64,000 nt of DNA from assembly GCA_044892525.1 (NCBI GenBank), contig CM097885.1, positions 14,572,001 through 14,636,000 on the forward strand, given 5' to 3'. The DNA comes from Schmidtea polychroa. Its lineage: Eukaryota. Positions 1-15,173 of this stretch are shown one piece after another (position 1 is the first letter of the stretch; each line of letters starts with the position of its first letter). The notes below the pieces were generated by a model. The model was not told where the DNA came from. It made no database searches and saw only the letters and a list, made by a program, of their open reading frames with translations. A program made the translations under genes and the position numbers.

Positions 1-1520
1 ACTTGGAAGGTAAAATAGTTGAAGCGATAAAAAACTTATGGGAAAATGATATTATCAAAAAGTGTAATTCGCCATGGAACACTCCATTAATATGCGCCTG
101 AAAGAAAGAAAAGCAAGATTTCAGGCAATTATACCTGGTAACAGAGAGACAGGCGTTCCCTATGCTGAATATAGCAGTAATGTTAGATAAATTGGGTGGA
201 GCAAAGTATTTCAGCTCGAGAGATCTTGAAAATGCATATTATCAAGTAGAACTAGAAAACGAATCCAAGTTGAAAACGGCGTTTTCAACCAAATCAGGTC
301 AATACTGTTTTAACAGAATGCCTTTTGGAATAGCAGCGGCACCAGGTACGTTTCAGGAACTGATTGGAAAAGTATTAATGGGTACGAGATATGCAGCAGT
401 GTACCTAGACGATATTTTGATATTTACAGAAACGATCAATCATAACTACGAAGTTTTAAATGAAGTGCTGTATAAAATTGGAAATGCGGGTCTTAGGATA
501 AACCCTGAAAAGTGCCATATCCTTAAAGAAAAAGTAAAATATTTAGGTCGCATAATTAACAAGGATGGAATACAGACGAACCCGTCAAAGCTAGACGCTA
601 TTAAATCATTTGAAAAGCCAAAATGTGTTAAGAATCTGAGAAGCTTCCAAGGAATATGCAATTACTACAGAAGATTTATAAATGAACACGCAAAAAATAT
701 CAAGAGTTTTAGAAAAGATATGCGGGTTAAGCAACAAATAATTAATTTGGACTGACAAATGCAACATCGCATTCGAAAATATTTAATGTCCTCACCTATT
801 CTAGGGTATCCAGATTTCGAAAGAGAATTCATTTTAGATACAGATGCGAGTTTTGACACGATTGGAGCAGTATTATCACAGAAAGACGACAACGGGTGCG
901 AAAAGGTTACAGCATACGGTTCTCATGCAACGAAAAATCATGAAAGGGGATATTGCATAACAAGGAAAGAGTTGCTGGCAATCTATTATTTTTATCAACA
1001 CTTCAATCATTATTTATATGGAAAACGGTTCGCTTTGAGAACGGACCATAAAGGTATCAAATTTTTGTTATCTACAAAGATACCAATAACAACGCAATAT
1101 CAGACATGGATTAACTACCTCAGTAGTCCGGATCATGCAAATGCAGATATGTTGTCTAGGAGTACATGTGGAACATGCATACAATGTTTATTGGCACACG
1201 AAGACGCGAAAGTGGAAAGAATTGAAACCCGAAGAATAAACACGATGGAAAAAGCTGAAGATTATAAATAGCAAAAAGATAATACAGAAATAGAACAAAT
1301 AAAAAAGGAAAGGACAATGAAAGAACGAAAGTTGTGACAGCATAGATGAAGGAAGAGACAATAAAACTGACAGCACAGGATTCAAGTTGGAAATTTATAC
1401 TGGTTGACAACACGGGGAAAACTATTGAGGGTAAGATATGGATACCTAGATACAAAAGACAAGAAATGATAAGGAGTGTGCATATTTTGCTATCACACGC
1501 AGGAGCAGAACATTTAGTTA
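1..1520 (+). mobile_element. Ty3/gypsy LTR retrotransposon pol remnant (RT, RNase H, start of integrase region), frameshifted
   Basis: ORF 162-755 has RT motifs (KTAFST, RMPFG, VYLDDILI, YLG). ORF 759-1271 has RNase H motifs (LDTDASF, KELLAI, RTDH, NADMLSR). ORF 1346-1570 has an H-x4-H motif (VHILLSHAG). The domains are split by stops and frameshifts. Confidence 0.93.
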
Positions 1521-1619
1521 AATTTTTCTTCAACAAAATTTTTTGCGTAGCTAAATTTGCAAACTACTAAATAGAAACGAAAATTTTGAATTAATTGAAA
1601 ATTCAAAACAACTCATAAA

Positions 1620-2260
1620 ATATATTTTTACAGTAATATATGGATTTTCAAAAGATGACTCCGCTAAATAATATCTGGAATTCTGCGAACATAATTTATC
1701 ATAATTCCAAAAATAAAAGTAAAAATTATTTATTAAAAATATTGCAATAGATTATTAAAAATAATAAAAAAAATTATTAATTATTTAAAAAAAATATTAA
1801 AAATGATAAAATAAAACATTATATTAAAGCTAATAAATTAATAAAATTTAAGGAGTCTAGAAATGAAATATTAAAATTAATAATAAAACTGAATTTTGAA
1901 AATAATTAAAAATAATACAGAACTTTAATAAATTTATGATCATAATAAAAATCAAAATCAAAATAATATTAAACAAAATGAAAGAATTAATAATTATTTT
2001 AAAAAACATTAAAAATAACAAAATAACAAATTATATTAAAGCTATTAAACTAAAAAAAATTTAAAGATTCCAGAAATAAAATATTTAAATAAAAATAAAA
2101 CTGAATTTTGAAAAATAATTAAAAATAAAATAATTAATTAATAATTAATAATTAAAATTTTAAAATATTTAAAAAAACATTAATTTTCGCACGAATAAAA
2201 CTAAAAATTTTTTAATAAAATTTATTAAACAAACATTTATTAATCAAAAATTTTTAAACA
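1620..2260. repeat. AT-rich degenerate tandem repeat downstream of Nup205
   Basis: Recurrent units such as ggagtctagaaatgaaat and aaactgaattttgaaaa; almost purely A/T. Confidence 0.7.
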
Positions 2261-2317
2261 AGTTTAAGAATCCTCATCAGTCGGTGAACCAAGATTCTCA
2301 AGAATGAGCTCTCATTC

Positions 2318-5300
2318 TCATCGGAATAAATCTGGAAATAAAACAGTAATCAATGATTCATTATTGATAAATATATCAACAAATGTCACCTCAAATGCCG
2401 ATTGGATCTTGTAGAGAAGGTCATCATCGATACATTTAGATAATAAGAAAATTATATCGTTATTTGATTGATTGACTGCTTTTGGTTGATCGAATTCCAT
2501 TTTAATTTGTTGAATTTTATGCAATCGCTGGATTGGATGAAGGCTGGAATCAGCTGTGATCATATAGTTATCTTTATCGGCACTCGTTGAGCTGTTGTTG
2601 TTGTTGTATGCCAGCGCGTGATACCAGATCAAGAAACAGCAACTTTCCAATGAGTCTAGAAATGGAATTATAACATTTATAATAAAATAAAATATTAATA
2701 TTTTAAAAAATAAAAAATTAAAATCGAAAAAAATTTTTAATAAAAATAATTAAATTATTTTAATTAATGATAAAATAAAAATTATATTAAAACTAATAAT
2801 TAAAATAATTTAAAAAAAATTAAAATATATTAATTATTATATTAAAATAATTTTAAAAAATTAGGGCGTCTAGAAATAAAATATTTGAATTAATAATAAA
2901 AAAAATATTAATAATATAAATAAAAACTGAATTAAAAAAAATTTTAAATGTAATAATAAAATTTAAAATAAAACAATAAAGTGATAATTTAAGCCTTTTG
3001 CTGTGAATAATGTGTTTAATAAAACAAAAATAATAAATATTAAAAATCGAAAAAATTGTAAAATAATAATTTAAAAATATTAAAAAAAACAATGATAAAA
3101 AAATTAAATTAAAATAATTTTAAAAATAATTAAGGAGTATATTAAATACAGAATTTTCAAAAATAATAAATATTAAAAATCGAAAGAGATAAAAAACATT
3201 AAAAATGATTAAAAAATTATTTTAAAATAATTAAAAATGAAATTAAAGAGTCTAGAAATTTAGAAACATTTATAATAAAATAAAATATTAATATTTAAAA
3301 AAATAAAAATAAAAATAATTAAAAGTGGAATAATAAAGTTTAAAATAATTATGGAAAATAAATATATTAAAAATTTAATTATTTTAAAAAAACAAAAAAT
3401 AATAAAATAAAAATTATTTTAAAATAATTAAAGAGTTTAAAAATGAAATAATTAAATAAATAAAAATAATATTAATAATTTAAAAAATTATTAATTATAT
3501 AAAATAATTTAAAAACAATAAAGGAGTCTAGAAATGAAATATTTAAATTAATAATAAAATAAAAATAATATTATTTAAAAAAATAAAAACTAAATTTTGA
3601 AAAATAATTAAAATGGAATAATAAAGTTTAGAATAATTATAAAATATTAAAAAATAATAATAATTATTTAAATAAAAATAAAAATTATATTAAAACTAAT
3701 AAATTAAAATAAAAATATTAATAATAAAAATAAAAACTGAATTTTGAAAAATATTTAAAAATGGAATAATAAAATTTAAAAAATAATAAATAGTAAAAAT
3801 CGAAAAAATTGTAAAATAATTAATTTTAATAATTATAAAAACTAAAATTATTAATAATTTTTAAAAGAAAGTAAAAATGATAAAATAAAAATATTAATAA
3901 TATTTTAAAAAATAATTATAAAAATAATAAATATTAAAAATTGAAAAAATAATAATTTTAAATTAAAAAAGATATTAATTATTTTAAAAAAACAAAAAAA
4001 TGATAAAAAAATATAAATAAATCAGGAAACCTTTGAGTGATGAAATAACACAAGTAATGCGCTTGTATACGATCACGAGATCATTCACTTGATCCGGTAA
4101 TGCGATAATTGGGCTGTCGTCAGTGATCCTAGGAACTGAATCAAATACTGAATTCCACAGCAACTGCAATTGATCAGTTGACATTCTCATCAGTTTCTCC
4201 TCAATTTCCCCTGCCGACCTCAGCAGCTTCCTGCGGCCTTTGCAATCCAGCAATCCGGCGGCACCAGCAGCGGCACCAGCAGCGGGCAAATCTTGCATCA
4301 CATCAAAAACCGACAGTTTCTTGCTGGCCATTTCAAAGCATTCCTGCAATTTGAACAGGATAATCACTGCCAAACTGAGAGGCGGTTTATTGCCCGATCG
4401 GACAGCCTGGGAGATCCTTCTCAGCGCGCAATTCCAACCTGCAATTATCGATCCAGCTGTAAATGAACGCGCGCGCGCACACAAATGGATTCATTGCTTA
4501 CTATTCTTTCCGCCAATAGATTCATCGATCACCGGTGAGAAAAAGACGCGATTGAATGCATCAGGACCATCAGCGGCACATTGAGCACCAGCAGCAGCAC
4601 AGGGAGCGACAAATCCAGCGGCAATCGATAGGCAATTCCCCATCAACTGAATGTGAAGGAAATGGAGCATCATTTCATGCTCATTGTGCATGATGGGATT
4701 GGTTAACAATTCCAATATCACACTCATCACCATCGATCCTGCCCGTTTCATCTTCTCCAAGCTCCGGTATTTATACTCCAATCTAAACGCGCTATTATTA
4801 ATTGGCTGTTCAGGGGGAGGCGGGAGGAATTATTTTACTCTATTAATGATTTGGAATTGAGAATTGCCGGGACGAGAATGACAAATAGATTGCTAATCTG
4901 AATCATTTCCTTAATAGAAATGCTATTGGAAGCATTGGAAGGTGAATGGAACGGCTCAATGAAGCAATCGATGGATTCGCCAATAAATATCAGCACTTCT
5001 CGAATGGCATCGGTTTTATCAAGCCCTGCAGGAGAAAGGAGCGAATAGCAATCATTAATCTTATAGACCAATCAATTCAATTCTACCGGAAGCAGAGAGA
5101 ATATTATTGGCAAATTGAATAGCCAATGAGATAACTGTTTTATATTGAACGCGGATATCATCGATATCTCCTTCATCATCGGTGTCCATGACGTTGTGGG
5201 ATATTGATTCTCCTCCAATCAATGGCGGCTTCATTTTGAATATCTCACAGCGAGACAAGCTCGATAATGCGCCACATTGGACCAATGCTTTGGCACCGCT

Positions 5301-8300
5301 TGGTTGTGTTGCCAATTTGCATAGCAATGACAATCGGGACTGATATAAATAATATGAATAAATGGCATTTGTGTTGCTGGAATCTGCTTGAATATAATTC
5401 GTGCCGTAACAATGCTGCTTCATATTGATATAGAGATTGTCACAATCTCGTATCAGACTGACAATGAAATGCTTGAGATAGCCCTGTGAATTCAAGTAGC
5501 CAATTAAACCGCCATTGTCATTATCAAGTGTAGCAATGCAATCAAGGAGAGTCAATGCAGAGAGAGATAAATGGAAATTCCCACTGATGCAGTCACAGCA
5601 TACAGTAGAGTAGAGGGAATTCTCAGATATCTTCTCCAGCAACAATGAATGGTTATTGATGGTCAAATAACACTCATTGAGGAGGCTCGAGAAATTTGGA
5701 TTGAATTTACCTTAAATAGCGCGTAAAAGCATTCGACAATATATTATCTATACAAACTTATCGCGAGGACAATTTCAAGCAGATATGTCAGAGCACCATA
5801 AAACTTTATTCGGATATTTTGATATTTGAAATCTAGAGCAGGCAAATTACAAATAATGATTTAATAAATATCAAAAACAATAAAAAGATCAATAATTCGA
5901 GAGAAATTATATATAAAATATCGTAAAATCAAATATATAATCGATAATTATAAATAAAATACCATGGCGTAATGAAGTAATACATTTATCAATCATATGC
6001 CTCAGAATCAATTATTCGAGAGGAATTATAGGTAAAATATAATAAAATCATTTATTAATTAAAAATCGATTATTAAAGATAAAATATCGTGAAGCAAATT
6101 CAAACTCAATTATAATACATATATCGATTATATATCCAAAAATCAATTATTAATCAATTCAGGTATAATAAAATCAATTAATAATCAAGTCAAATATAAT
6201 AAAATCAATTAATAATCAATTATTAATATTGATCAAATATAAAAAATCAATTATTAATTAAATATCGTAAAATCATTTAATCAATTATTATAATAAATAT
6301 ATTGATCAATTATAAAAAATAAATTATTAATTAAAAATCGATATTTATAAATAAAACACCATGGCGTAATGAAGTAATACATTTATCAATCATTCAATTA
6401 TTCGATAGTAATTATAGCTAAAATATAATAAAATCAAATATATAATCGATTACTATAATTAATCAAATACTAAAAAATCATTTATTAATTAAGAATTGAT
6501 TAATAAAGATAAAATATCGTGAAGCAAATACTAACTATCAATCGTACATCCCAAAATCAAATATTAATCGATTCAGATATAATAAAATCAATTATTAATC
6601 TATATTTTTAACGAAAAATCAAAATTATGGATAAAATATCACAAAATAAATTATTAGCCAATATTATAATAAATTTATGGATCAAATATTACCAAATCAA
6701 TTATTAATAATTATAAAATATTGCATAAAATAAATCAATTTATTTATAAGTGCAGATTTTTAACATTTTTTAATATTCAATCGAAATCAATAGAAATTAT
6801 TGAGTTGTGATTATATAAATCGATAATTATGCAAAAATATTCAAATACAGCAGGAAATGCGCTTACTTATTTCCATTATACATCTAGTTGTGAGCTTTAT
6901 CAATATTCTCAATTGATTACATAAGCTCTCAATGTCGATTGTTTCTAGCCGTTTTTCTTCTGAATTTCTCATTTCATCGCTCGGCATGAGTTGTGAAAGG
7001 AAATTGCTTTGGGTCTGATTGCAAATAAATGTGCCAGCAAGAACGGCAGACAATATCAGCGAAACTCGACTGAAAGGGCTAACTAAACAGCTCGGGGTGC
7101 TCGGAATTAGCATCTGTCAATCAATCTCATAATAACCATTTCCAATATTCAATAAATCGAACTTTCTGATAGATTAAATGGAGAATTTCATAAATTTTTT
7201 TCTTCTTAATCTCGATTTGTACAGAATCTTCTCCACTGCATTCCGACAGCATCACAACCTCTATCACTTGAGACCAGGCATCTGTGGCTGCCGATTTCCC
7301 GAATTTCAACCAGATATTGTTTGTATTGTATCTATCGATCAAATGGCAAACGTTATCAACCTCGAACTGTAACATCTGAAGCTGCTCCTCATCACCAACC
7401 ATATTTATATCAGCAAATATGATCTGCTTGAATTTATTCCCATCAATTAACTGTATTCCCATATATGTCTCTTCGATGCAATCATTCAGATACTACAGAA
7501 CATTATCAATAATTGCTGATCATTCATTTCCCTAACTTCTTTCAAAACTTCAGGTTTCAACCGTTGACAAATAGAGAAATCAACGAAATCTTCAGAGTCT
7601 GTGATGTCAAAATCTTCAAGAATTACATAAATAAGACCTTGGCAAACAGCTTCTAGAAAGAGTTGACAATGAATATTCACAGTAATTTGTTTTAAAATTG
7701 CTACAATACCTTCGTCACTCAGCCACGATAGGAACGAATTGCTATTGGAAGAGTATAAGTCTTCTAAAAGGAAAGAAAGGTCATAAGGGAACACAAACTA
7801 AGACACTGGTTACCTCCGAGCAAAAGTTTCAATAATTTGGAAATATATGAGCGCTGCTGATTTGCGGTACATAAACGGATTTCTATGGCGATAATTTTCA
7901 GCAGCCATGATTTTTGATTCCAGACGATTGCTCTCAATTCTAGATTTAAAATGAGAGTAAATATATGAATTCCGTGTTTATGCCGGCAAATTGAAATCGA
8001 GGCCTCGCGTCACATTGAAAATTGTTTTTATAGGTCAATATAATGTATTTATTAATCAATATATAATATTGCAATTTCATAATCAATTTATCGAATAAAT
8101 CATTACAAAGTATTGATTAAAATAGATTAAAAATGAAAATCAATAACTTCTAAAATATTTTTATATCATTTCATAGAGAATTAAATTGATTTAAATAAAA
8201 AAAATATATATTATATCGCAGAGAATTAAATTATCTGCTAGACAACTGAAGTTTTTCGAAAGCAAAAAGGAAGATCAATGAGAAAATCAAAAACATTGAA

Positions 8301-11300
8301 AATCGATAATGACCAAAAAATTCCAATTTGTTTTCATATATTGGAAAATTTGATGTTTAAATATGTTTAGAAAGGCGCGGTGAGATCTCAAAAATATTTA
8401 AACAACACTCAAATATGGTTAAATTAATCAATAATCAATAATGATAATAACTTACCAGGATTATTTAATCGAGCAGTTGTAAATGCCAGCAAATCAATTT
8501 GCTTGAAAATGAACTGGTAATTGCTCCTAATGAACCTCAAGACAGCCATTGATGTGAATGAGTTACTGGCTAAAAGATAAAGAATGCGATATCCAAGGCA
8601 GATATCGATCATATCGGCAGCTAATTCCGGGAGACATTCCACAGGGATATCATTATCCTTCAATAATGGATTTGAAACGATTCCAGTAACCAATCGTTGA
8701 ATGAGATTCAACAATGAATGCAAACACGTTTTCGGGAAATCTCCAACTCCTGCTTCTTGCAATGATGTCCGTTTGACTGAGAACGTGCTAGCACAAGAAA
8801 ACCCCATCAGATATTGACCGAGATTCGGAGTTGGCTGTTGGAGGCAATTGATCAATATCTTCAGCACCAAAGTCCTTGGAGAGTGAGAAACATAATCATT
8901 GAAAAACAATTGAGATATTTTCCCCCTTTCCACGCAATCAACGAAAGTCGAATCAATATCTCCATATTTATCAATGCAATTGACCATCAGGGGCAAAATG
9001 TCCACATCTACTGCCTAATGTATGGTAACAACAATAAACCGCTGATGATAGGGATAAATCAATTCATTTACATTCTGATTGGTCAACAGCAACATCAAAT
9101 TGCTATGAGGCTGAACTATTTCAATACAATAATTGAAAATCGTTAAAGCTTTCCTTGCGATTTTCTCATTTTCATCAGCAATGCTGATATACTTGATGAG
9201 ATTCGGTAGGAAAGATTGAGATCCACCAGTTGTGATCAACAATTGGCTAAGTTCCTGCGGTATGACATTTCTTGATTTCACAGACCGAATGTTGGAGCGA
9301 TAATTATCGATTTTATATTGACTACTGCAAAATGTCGTCATTGGAAATCGATAAAAAACCAAAAATGAGCTACTTAAATTTTGTGTTTAATTCAACTAGA
9401 AATGATTCATGCTTCAAAACGGTTGAAACTAAATCCATGGCAAGATATATGGAATTTCCCAACAACTCAACAGTTCGCTCGCTGAATGTTTTCTGACCAA
9501 AGGTAACATTATTTAGAGTTTCATTGATTTGTAGGAATCCATTTTCAATAATGCTAACGATGGTTTTGAAAAAGGGAGATTCCGATAATAATTGATTGAT
9601 AATGTAAAATCCTGGATCATATTGACACCAGGAGATTTTAGATTTGCTGTTTTTTGTGTTACCGCTCTGAGCAAGGAATAACTCGACGCATTTACTACTC
9701 AACTTCAAAAAGCTTTCACAAATTGCAAACTGAAAAGTGAGAAAATAAAGAAAATTTCATTGATTCTTTATACAAGGTCAAAAAATCAGAATTCGATAAT
9801 ATTTGTTGAATAAGGAAGAAATTTTATTATTTATTGTTTTATTAGGAAACCGGAACAAACGATATTATAAGAGTATTTTGGAAAGTATTTAATTATTCCT
9901 TCATTGGAAGATTGCACCAGATTGTCAGTTTGCATGAGAAGCCTACAAATCGTAAAGATAAAGATTTCCTTGGTTGTTTCTCACACAAATCGGATAAAGA
10001 TTCCAATACGATTTATATTCTATTTATGATTTGTCTAAGCTCGGTTTGCAAGGTTTTCAAATTGATTTTATAATAAGTTCCATTTCCTTATAGATTTTCT
10101 CTAACAAAATATTAGTTTTATACTATAATCAATTCGATTCTGATTTTGAACTTTTGAAAATCAATATTTTATTATTTCAAGGCGGATGCTGAAACTATAA
10201 TTGCCAATTAATAAAAAAAATAAATAGCAAAGGCTCAAATTATTATCGATACAAGAACTGATTGTTGAGGAAATGATCTAAAACTGTGCCATTATGTAAC
10301 GGATCATTAGCAGGGGATCAGCAGTAAATATGAGATGTGAAGGTGACAAAACTAATCAATGGCTGTTTTTATTGAATAAAATCAATTATATGTAAAATTC
10401 AATTTTAATAGAATAATTAATCATTATAAATAAATAATTACTAATCAATAATAAATTATAATTAAAAATCAGTTCTATTATGAGTAATATTATAAATCAA
10501 TATAAATTTATTATGTGCAGCTGAGGGCAGAAATAGATACCGTTTTCCATTATAGGCAAATATGCTAGTTTTTGAATGTATTCCGTGCCGGTATTTGATT
10601 ACAAATGGCCACATAACGTCACGGTTTGCCGCTGATTTCTCACCTCAGATATAACACAAGTAAACGATGAATAAATCCCACTCCAAAGGGTTAAAAATCA
10701 ATATTTTTATGAATTATATTATAAAAATACATAAAAAGCAAATAAAAAATGATCATTAGAAATCAATATTAATAATAAATGATATCAATAAATCAATATA
10801 AAGTAAATCACACCTTTTCGTCGATATTTCTATAGGTCCTCATAGAATGTTTGAGAAAAACATTCTCCATCATCAACTGGACAACAGAAGTAAGATTCTC
10901 GACAACCGCGTGATGAGAAGGAGCAGAAATAATGGAGACATTCAATTTATCATATGACAACATAGACTGATCCAAATACGATATATCACACAAGATATGA
11001 GGAGCAATTGCTAATAGGAAATTGAGAAATGCTCTAGTAATATCGAATTCTTCTAATTTAGGCTCATTTTCCCCAAGTTCAATTTGAATACTACAAGAAT
11101 GGATTTCATGTGAGTTGCTTATGATTTTGTTTGATTCGAGTGCTTGCCAGATTGATTTCGCTACTAAAACGTTATGACAAAACACAGCCAAACAATTAAA
11201 CAGCTCGGCTTTCAGTGATTTCGGTACACCACAAGACAACAGCAAGACCAAGTTTTGAACTATCATCAGCGAGTCGTTATTCACCATCATTTCACACACT

Positions 11301-14300
11301 TTAGGACTCTGTTCAATTACCGGGTTAATAATCAGTAGAAAATGTCACCAAAGAACCAATACCATTTTAGTCACTTGCCTTGTGAGCTGCAGTACAACTA
11401 ATAACCCTGCAAGTTCCATCGGATCCATTACTTGATTTCTGTGAGGGTTCGAGTGGTAAAACTTGGCATGGTGAAGCATGCAAGTTGAAAAATATTCCCA
11501 AGAAAGCTTATTATGATGCCCTGGAATGAAATATTTCAGCTATTAGATCAGTGAAGGAGAAACTTATATAATTTATTAGCCATATTTATGAAACCTGATA
11601 ATTTGATATGTATATGCAACTTTTATCAATACTCGATCCTCGCTGTGACTTTTTTGAATGACTTTGACTAACTTATAATGACCTTCACCGATATTTCTAA
11701 CAATAACCTATTCCAGCTGCTTTTTACATGGTTCTTAATTATTATGTAATTCCTATTTCAATTGACTTTGACACACTTATCAATATTTCTAACTTCAATG
11801 ACCTTGACCTATTTCAAATAACCTTGATTTATTTTTAATGACCTTGACTTGAATGGCCTTTTACTAATTTGGACGACCTTGTGTAATAAACTTGACTTAC
11901 TTTCGAAAACTTTAACCAATATTTATAACTTACTTGAATGACCTTGACCTAATTTAGACAACCTTGACCAATATTTCTAATTTACTTTATTGACGTTTAC
12001 AAATTTCAAACGACCTTGACCTACATTTCTAACAGTAACCTACCTGAGTGACCTTGACTACCTTTAAACCGCTTTCAGCGCCTCTGTAACACCGCGTGAC
12101 AGATAAAAGTGCTTACTAAATGAGTTATTGTTGATGAAATTTAATGAGAATATTTCATATGGAAATGGAAATTATAAAGAGAAAACAGAAACCGCTTACC
12201 AATCAGATTGCTGTTGAACATATTGTAAATATAAACCGCCACGCGTTCATTTATGCACAACCCTTTCAACATGAAGAGGAAATTCAACAGAAACTCTGGA
12301 TTATCGATCAAATCTCCACAGTCTCGAATGAATTTAAAAAGCATCGACTGTCGATATGAACAATTGGATTTGATAGGCAAATTCTTGTAATTGCCAGCCG
12401 ATATCAATGATGCCGATAAATCGGTACCTGTCATGTCTTGCGGAGCCCAGAATTCCAATGTTAAGCTTTCCAAGTATTCATTATTAAATGGAATTGAAGA
12501 TTCAAACAATCTCTCAGGAGGCCCATGCACATTTCCAATTAATCCCATCAATGAGGAGAAATGAGTAACATTCGATGCAGTTCTTAAACTTTCCGTTTTT
12601 AAATCCTTCAGCATTTTCGGCATATAGATAATGAAATCGGTGACCAAATCATGAAAGCATTTTATCCAAATGTTCTGTAAAACAAAGTCAGAAATCTTTC
12701 CCGCGTTGAAATCCGTTTACCTGCTCATGGAATTCTTCAATTCCTGTTATTACGGTCAAAAATGAAAAGATTTCATAGAGATTTCCAGATTCGAGTTTCG
12801 ATTGGTCACAGTCCAAAATATCGTCATAATCTCCGAAATTGGTGGTCATTTGACAACTGTTAATGCATTTTTCCTGTTTCAAATGCGACACCTTCTGTAG
12901 GGAAATAATCCATGCCAGAAATATAACTTGATCAAAATTCTGAACGATATTTTTCATTTCATATTCTTTCATTTCGTTATCATTATTCCCATTAATATTC
13001 TTCGAAAGCAAATCGCTAATATTTCTCGTGTATTCGTCATCAGTAAAGAAAGGATGCGTGAGGCCTAAACCGATGGAATTCAACAAATAAAAAACGCCAT
13101 GAATGAAACCAACAATCCTGTGAATAATTCGTCGCGTTGTTTTCATTAATGACTGGATTAATTGAATCCATCAAACTGACTAGCAAATATACAAAGCATT
13201 TATCTACGATTTTAACTTCCCGCAAAGCAATTGTTTCATTCTCTTCATTCTGTAAAATTTATTCCAATGAAATTTACGAGTCGATTTATTGAGTAAATCA
13301 CATTATTGATTACAATTACTCAAATATAATGTTATCAAACAATATTAATAAGATGAAAAATCAATCATTAAAAGGTAGAAATAAGCAATATCGGGAACTA
13401 GGGCGGTTAATCAATAGGAATACCACAATAACCCTATTTATTGATATCCGTTAGCGGGTATATTTGTAAATATCGATAAAATAGTGCTATCGGTAAAATC
13501 TTTATTATTTTGGTCACCTTTGATCGTTTTCGTTTTTGGTGAAGGAAATTTGAATTTTGATATTTTGTCACATAGAAAATAGATAAAATATCGATAAAAT
13601 AGTGTAAAAAGCAGTCAATGATAGATCAAACGCATTTTATATAGTTTTGGACTCACGGATCGTGTCACAGCGAAGCCCAAAGCTAAGCGCAATAGTTATA
13701 GAGGCGGTTAATGACAAGCAGTGATTATATCCATTAAATTTACTGGTTTTTTGATTTGCTATCGCTGATTGGTTGAATTTATAATGAATGTTTCTGTATG
13801 ATTACAGCAATATATCGATAATTACCCCCCGAATAATTCGCATGGCGTTCCATTTGGCAATGTTATTCCCATTGATTGAAGCGTTTCATTTATTAAATAC
13901 GTATTAATATGTAGGATAATAAATAGGACAGCCCGTGTTACCCTCACCCCCCCACGCGCTCCACCCGCCTGCTACAGCCACCGCTACTAATGAAATATAT
14001 AATTATATAATAATTGCCCTAATAAATGTTCATAATTAATTATCTACATTAATAATTCACTAAACTATTCAAATATTAAGCAAAACAATTACCTTGATTT
14101 CTTTGTTGCTTTCCTTATAAAATTCCCGCATAAATTCGATTAATAATTTTGTATCAGCCGTATTAAGTGGACATTTGAAGCTTCGTAACAAAATACATTC
14201 AGCCAGTGTTTCTTTAATGCTTTGAAAAATTAAAAAAAACCGACGCCTGTGCCTAGCTGTTCCTAGAGCTCGTTGAGATTCCAGTAATTCGATTTCTTTA

Positions 14301-14949
14301 TTTATGTCTAGATTTTTTAATAAACCGATCAATTTCGGAAATAGGCCATGTTGAAATAAACTATCGCAAAAGGCTTGAGTGAAGTTTACAATTTCCACTG
14401 CTTTTGCATTGTCTGTTGTGATTGTTAAAAATAATTTTAGTAGATTTCGCAGAGCTTCTACTATTGTTTTTTGCGAATTATAATATTGAATTACTGCCAA
14501 TAATCCGCGAGTCATGTCAGGATTTGATGTTCGCTCACTTTCACCTAAGGAGTACAACTAGAGTAAATAAAGAGTACACTAAAATATATAATTTAACCGA
14601 ATAGTAATAATTCAACAGATGTTATTTCATTTAACTTAAATAAATCGCTTATAATTATTGTTTCCTGGATGAAATCTTGAGATAGTGTTATCTTTTGTTG
14701 GAAACCTGGAATTTGAATTGGATCTCTATAAGAATTTAATACTAAATTTCGATCATTTACATTTGAAGCCTATTAAGTTTAGATAAATAAATATGTAATA
14801 AATTAATAATTCACATCATGATCTAATATGTTCAAAAACACAGAACGATTTTTATTTAAAGTTTCAATAAACTCAGGAGCATAATCAAAAAGCTTTTGAA
14901 CAGCTAGTTTGTCAATAATATTGAACAATAAATTTCTAATTTCAAGCAT
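2318..14949 (-). CDS. NUP205: Nuclear pore complex protein Nup205, multi-exon (start codon approximate)
   Basis: Minus-strand ORF blocks from 14069-14557 down to 2318-2655 read as Nup205-like peptides in the expected order (PDMTRGLLAVIQYY, RALGTARHRR, QPTPNLGQYLMGF, KTCLHSLL, YLNSQGYLKH, ESCCFLIWYH). Adjacent blocks are joined by short GT-AG introns, and the last intron is 2656-4030. Family assigned by recalled similarity, not by a search. Confidence 0.88.
2660..4020. repeat. AT-rich degenerate tandem repeat filling the last Nup205 intron
   Basis: Same gagtctagaaat / aaactgaatt / aaaatcgaaa motifs repeated at about 2865, 3247 and 3523. Confidence 0.7.
11630..12070. repeat. Degenerate GACCTTGAC-containing tandem repeat in a Nup205 intron
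   Basis: About ten occurrences of (tg)accttgac-like motifs with irregular spacing. Confidence 0.65.
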
Positions 14950-15173
14950 TTCTAATGTTGAATATTTTAAACTAAAACCAATATTTAAACAAAATAAATT
15001 TCATTAAAAGAATATTAGTTTCATAAATAATTTATTCATCAACCAGTTAACTGAAAGAAAAAGATTTTTAATTTCAATATAAATAATTTGACAGAATTAT
15101 TAATAAATTCATAATTTTTGAGAGTATGTAAAGTATAGGAAGTAAGCCACGTCTGATTTTGAAATATAAAAAC

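Noticed and set aside
2318..14949. Nup205 as a frameshifted pseudogene because adjacent ORFs change frame
   Set aside because: The junctions I checked are explained by short GT-AG introns that restore the frame.
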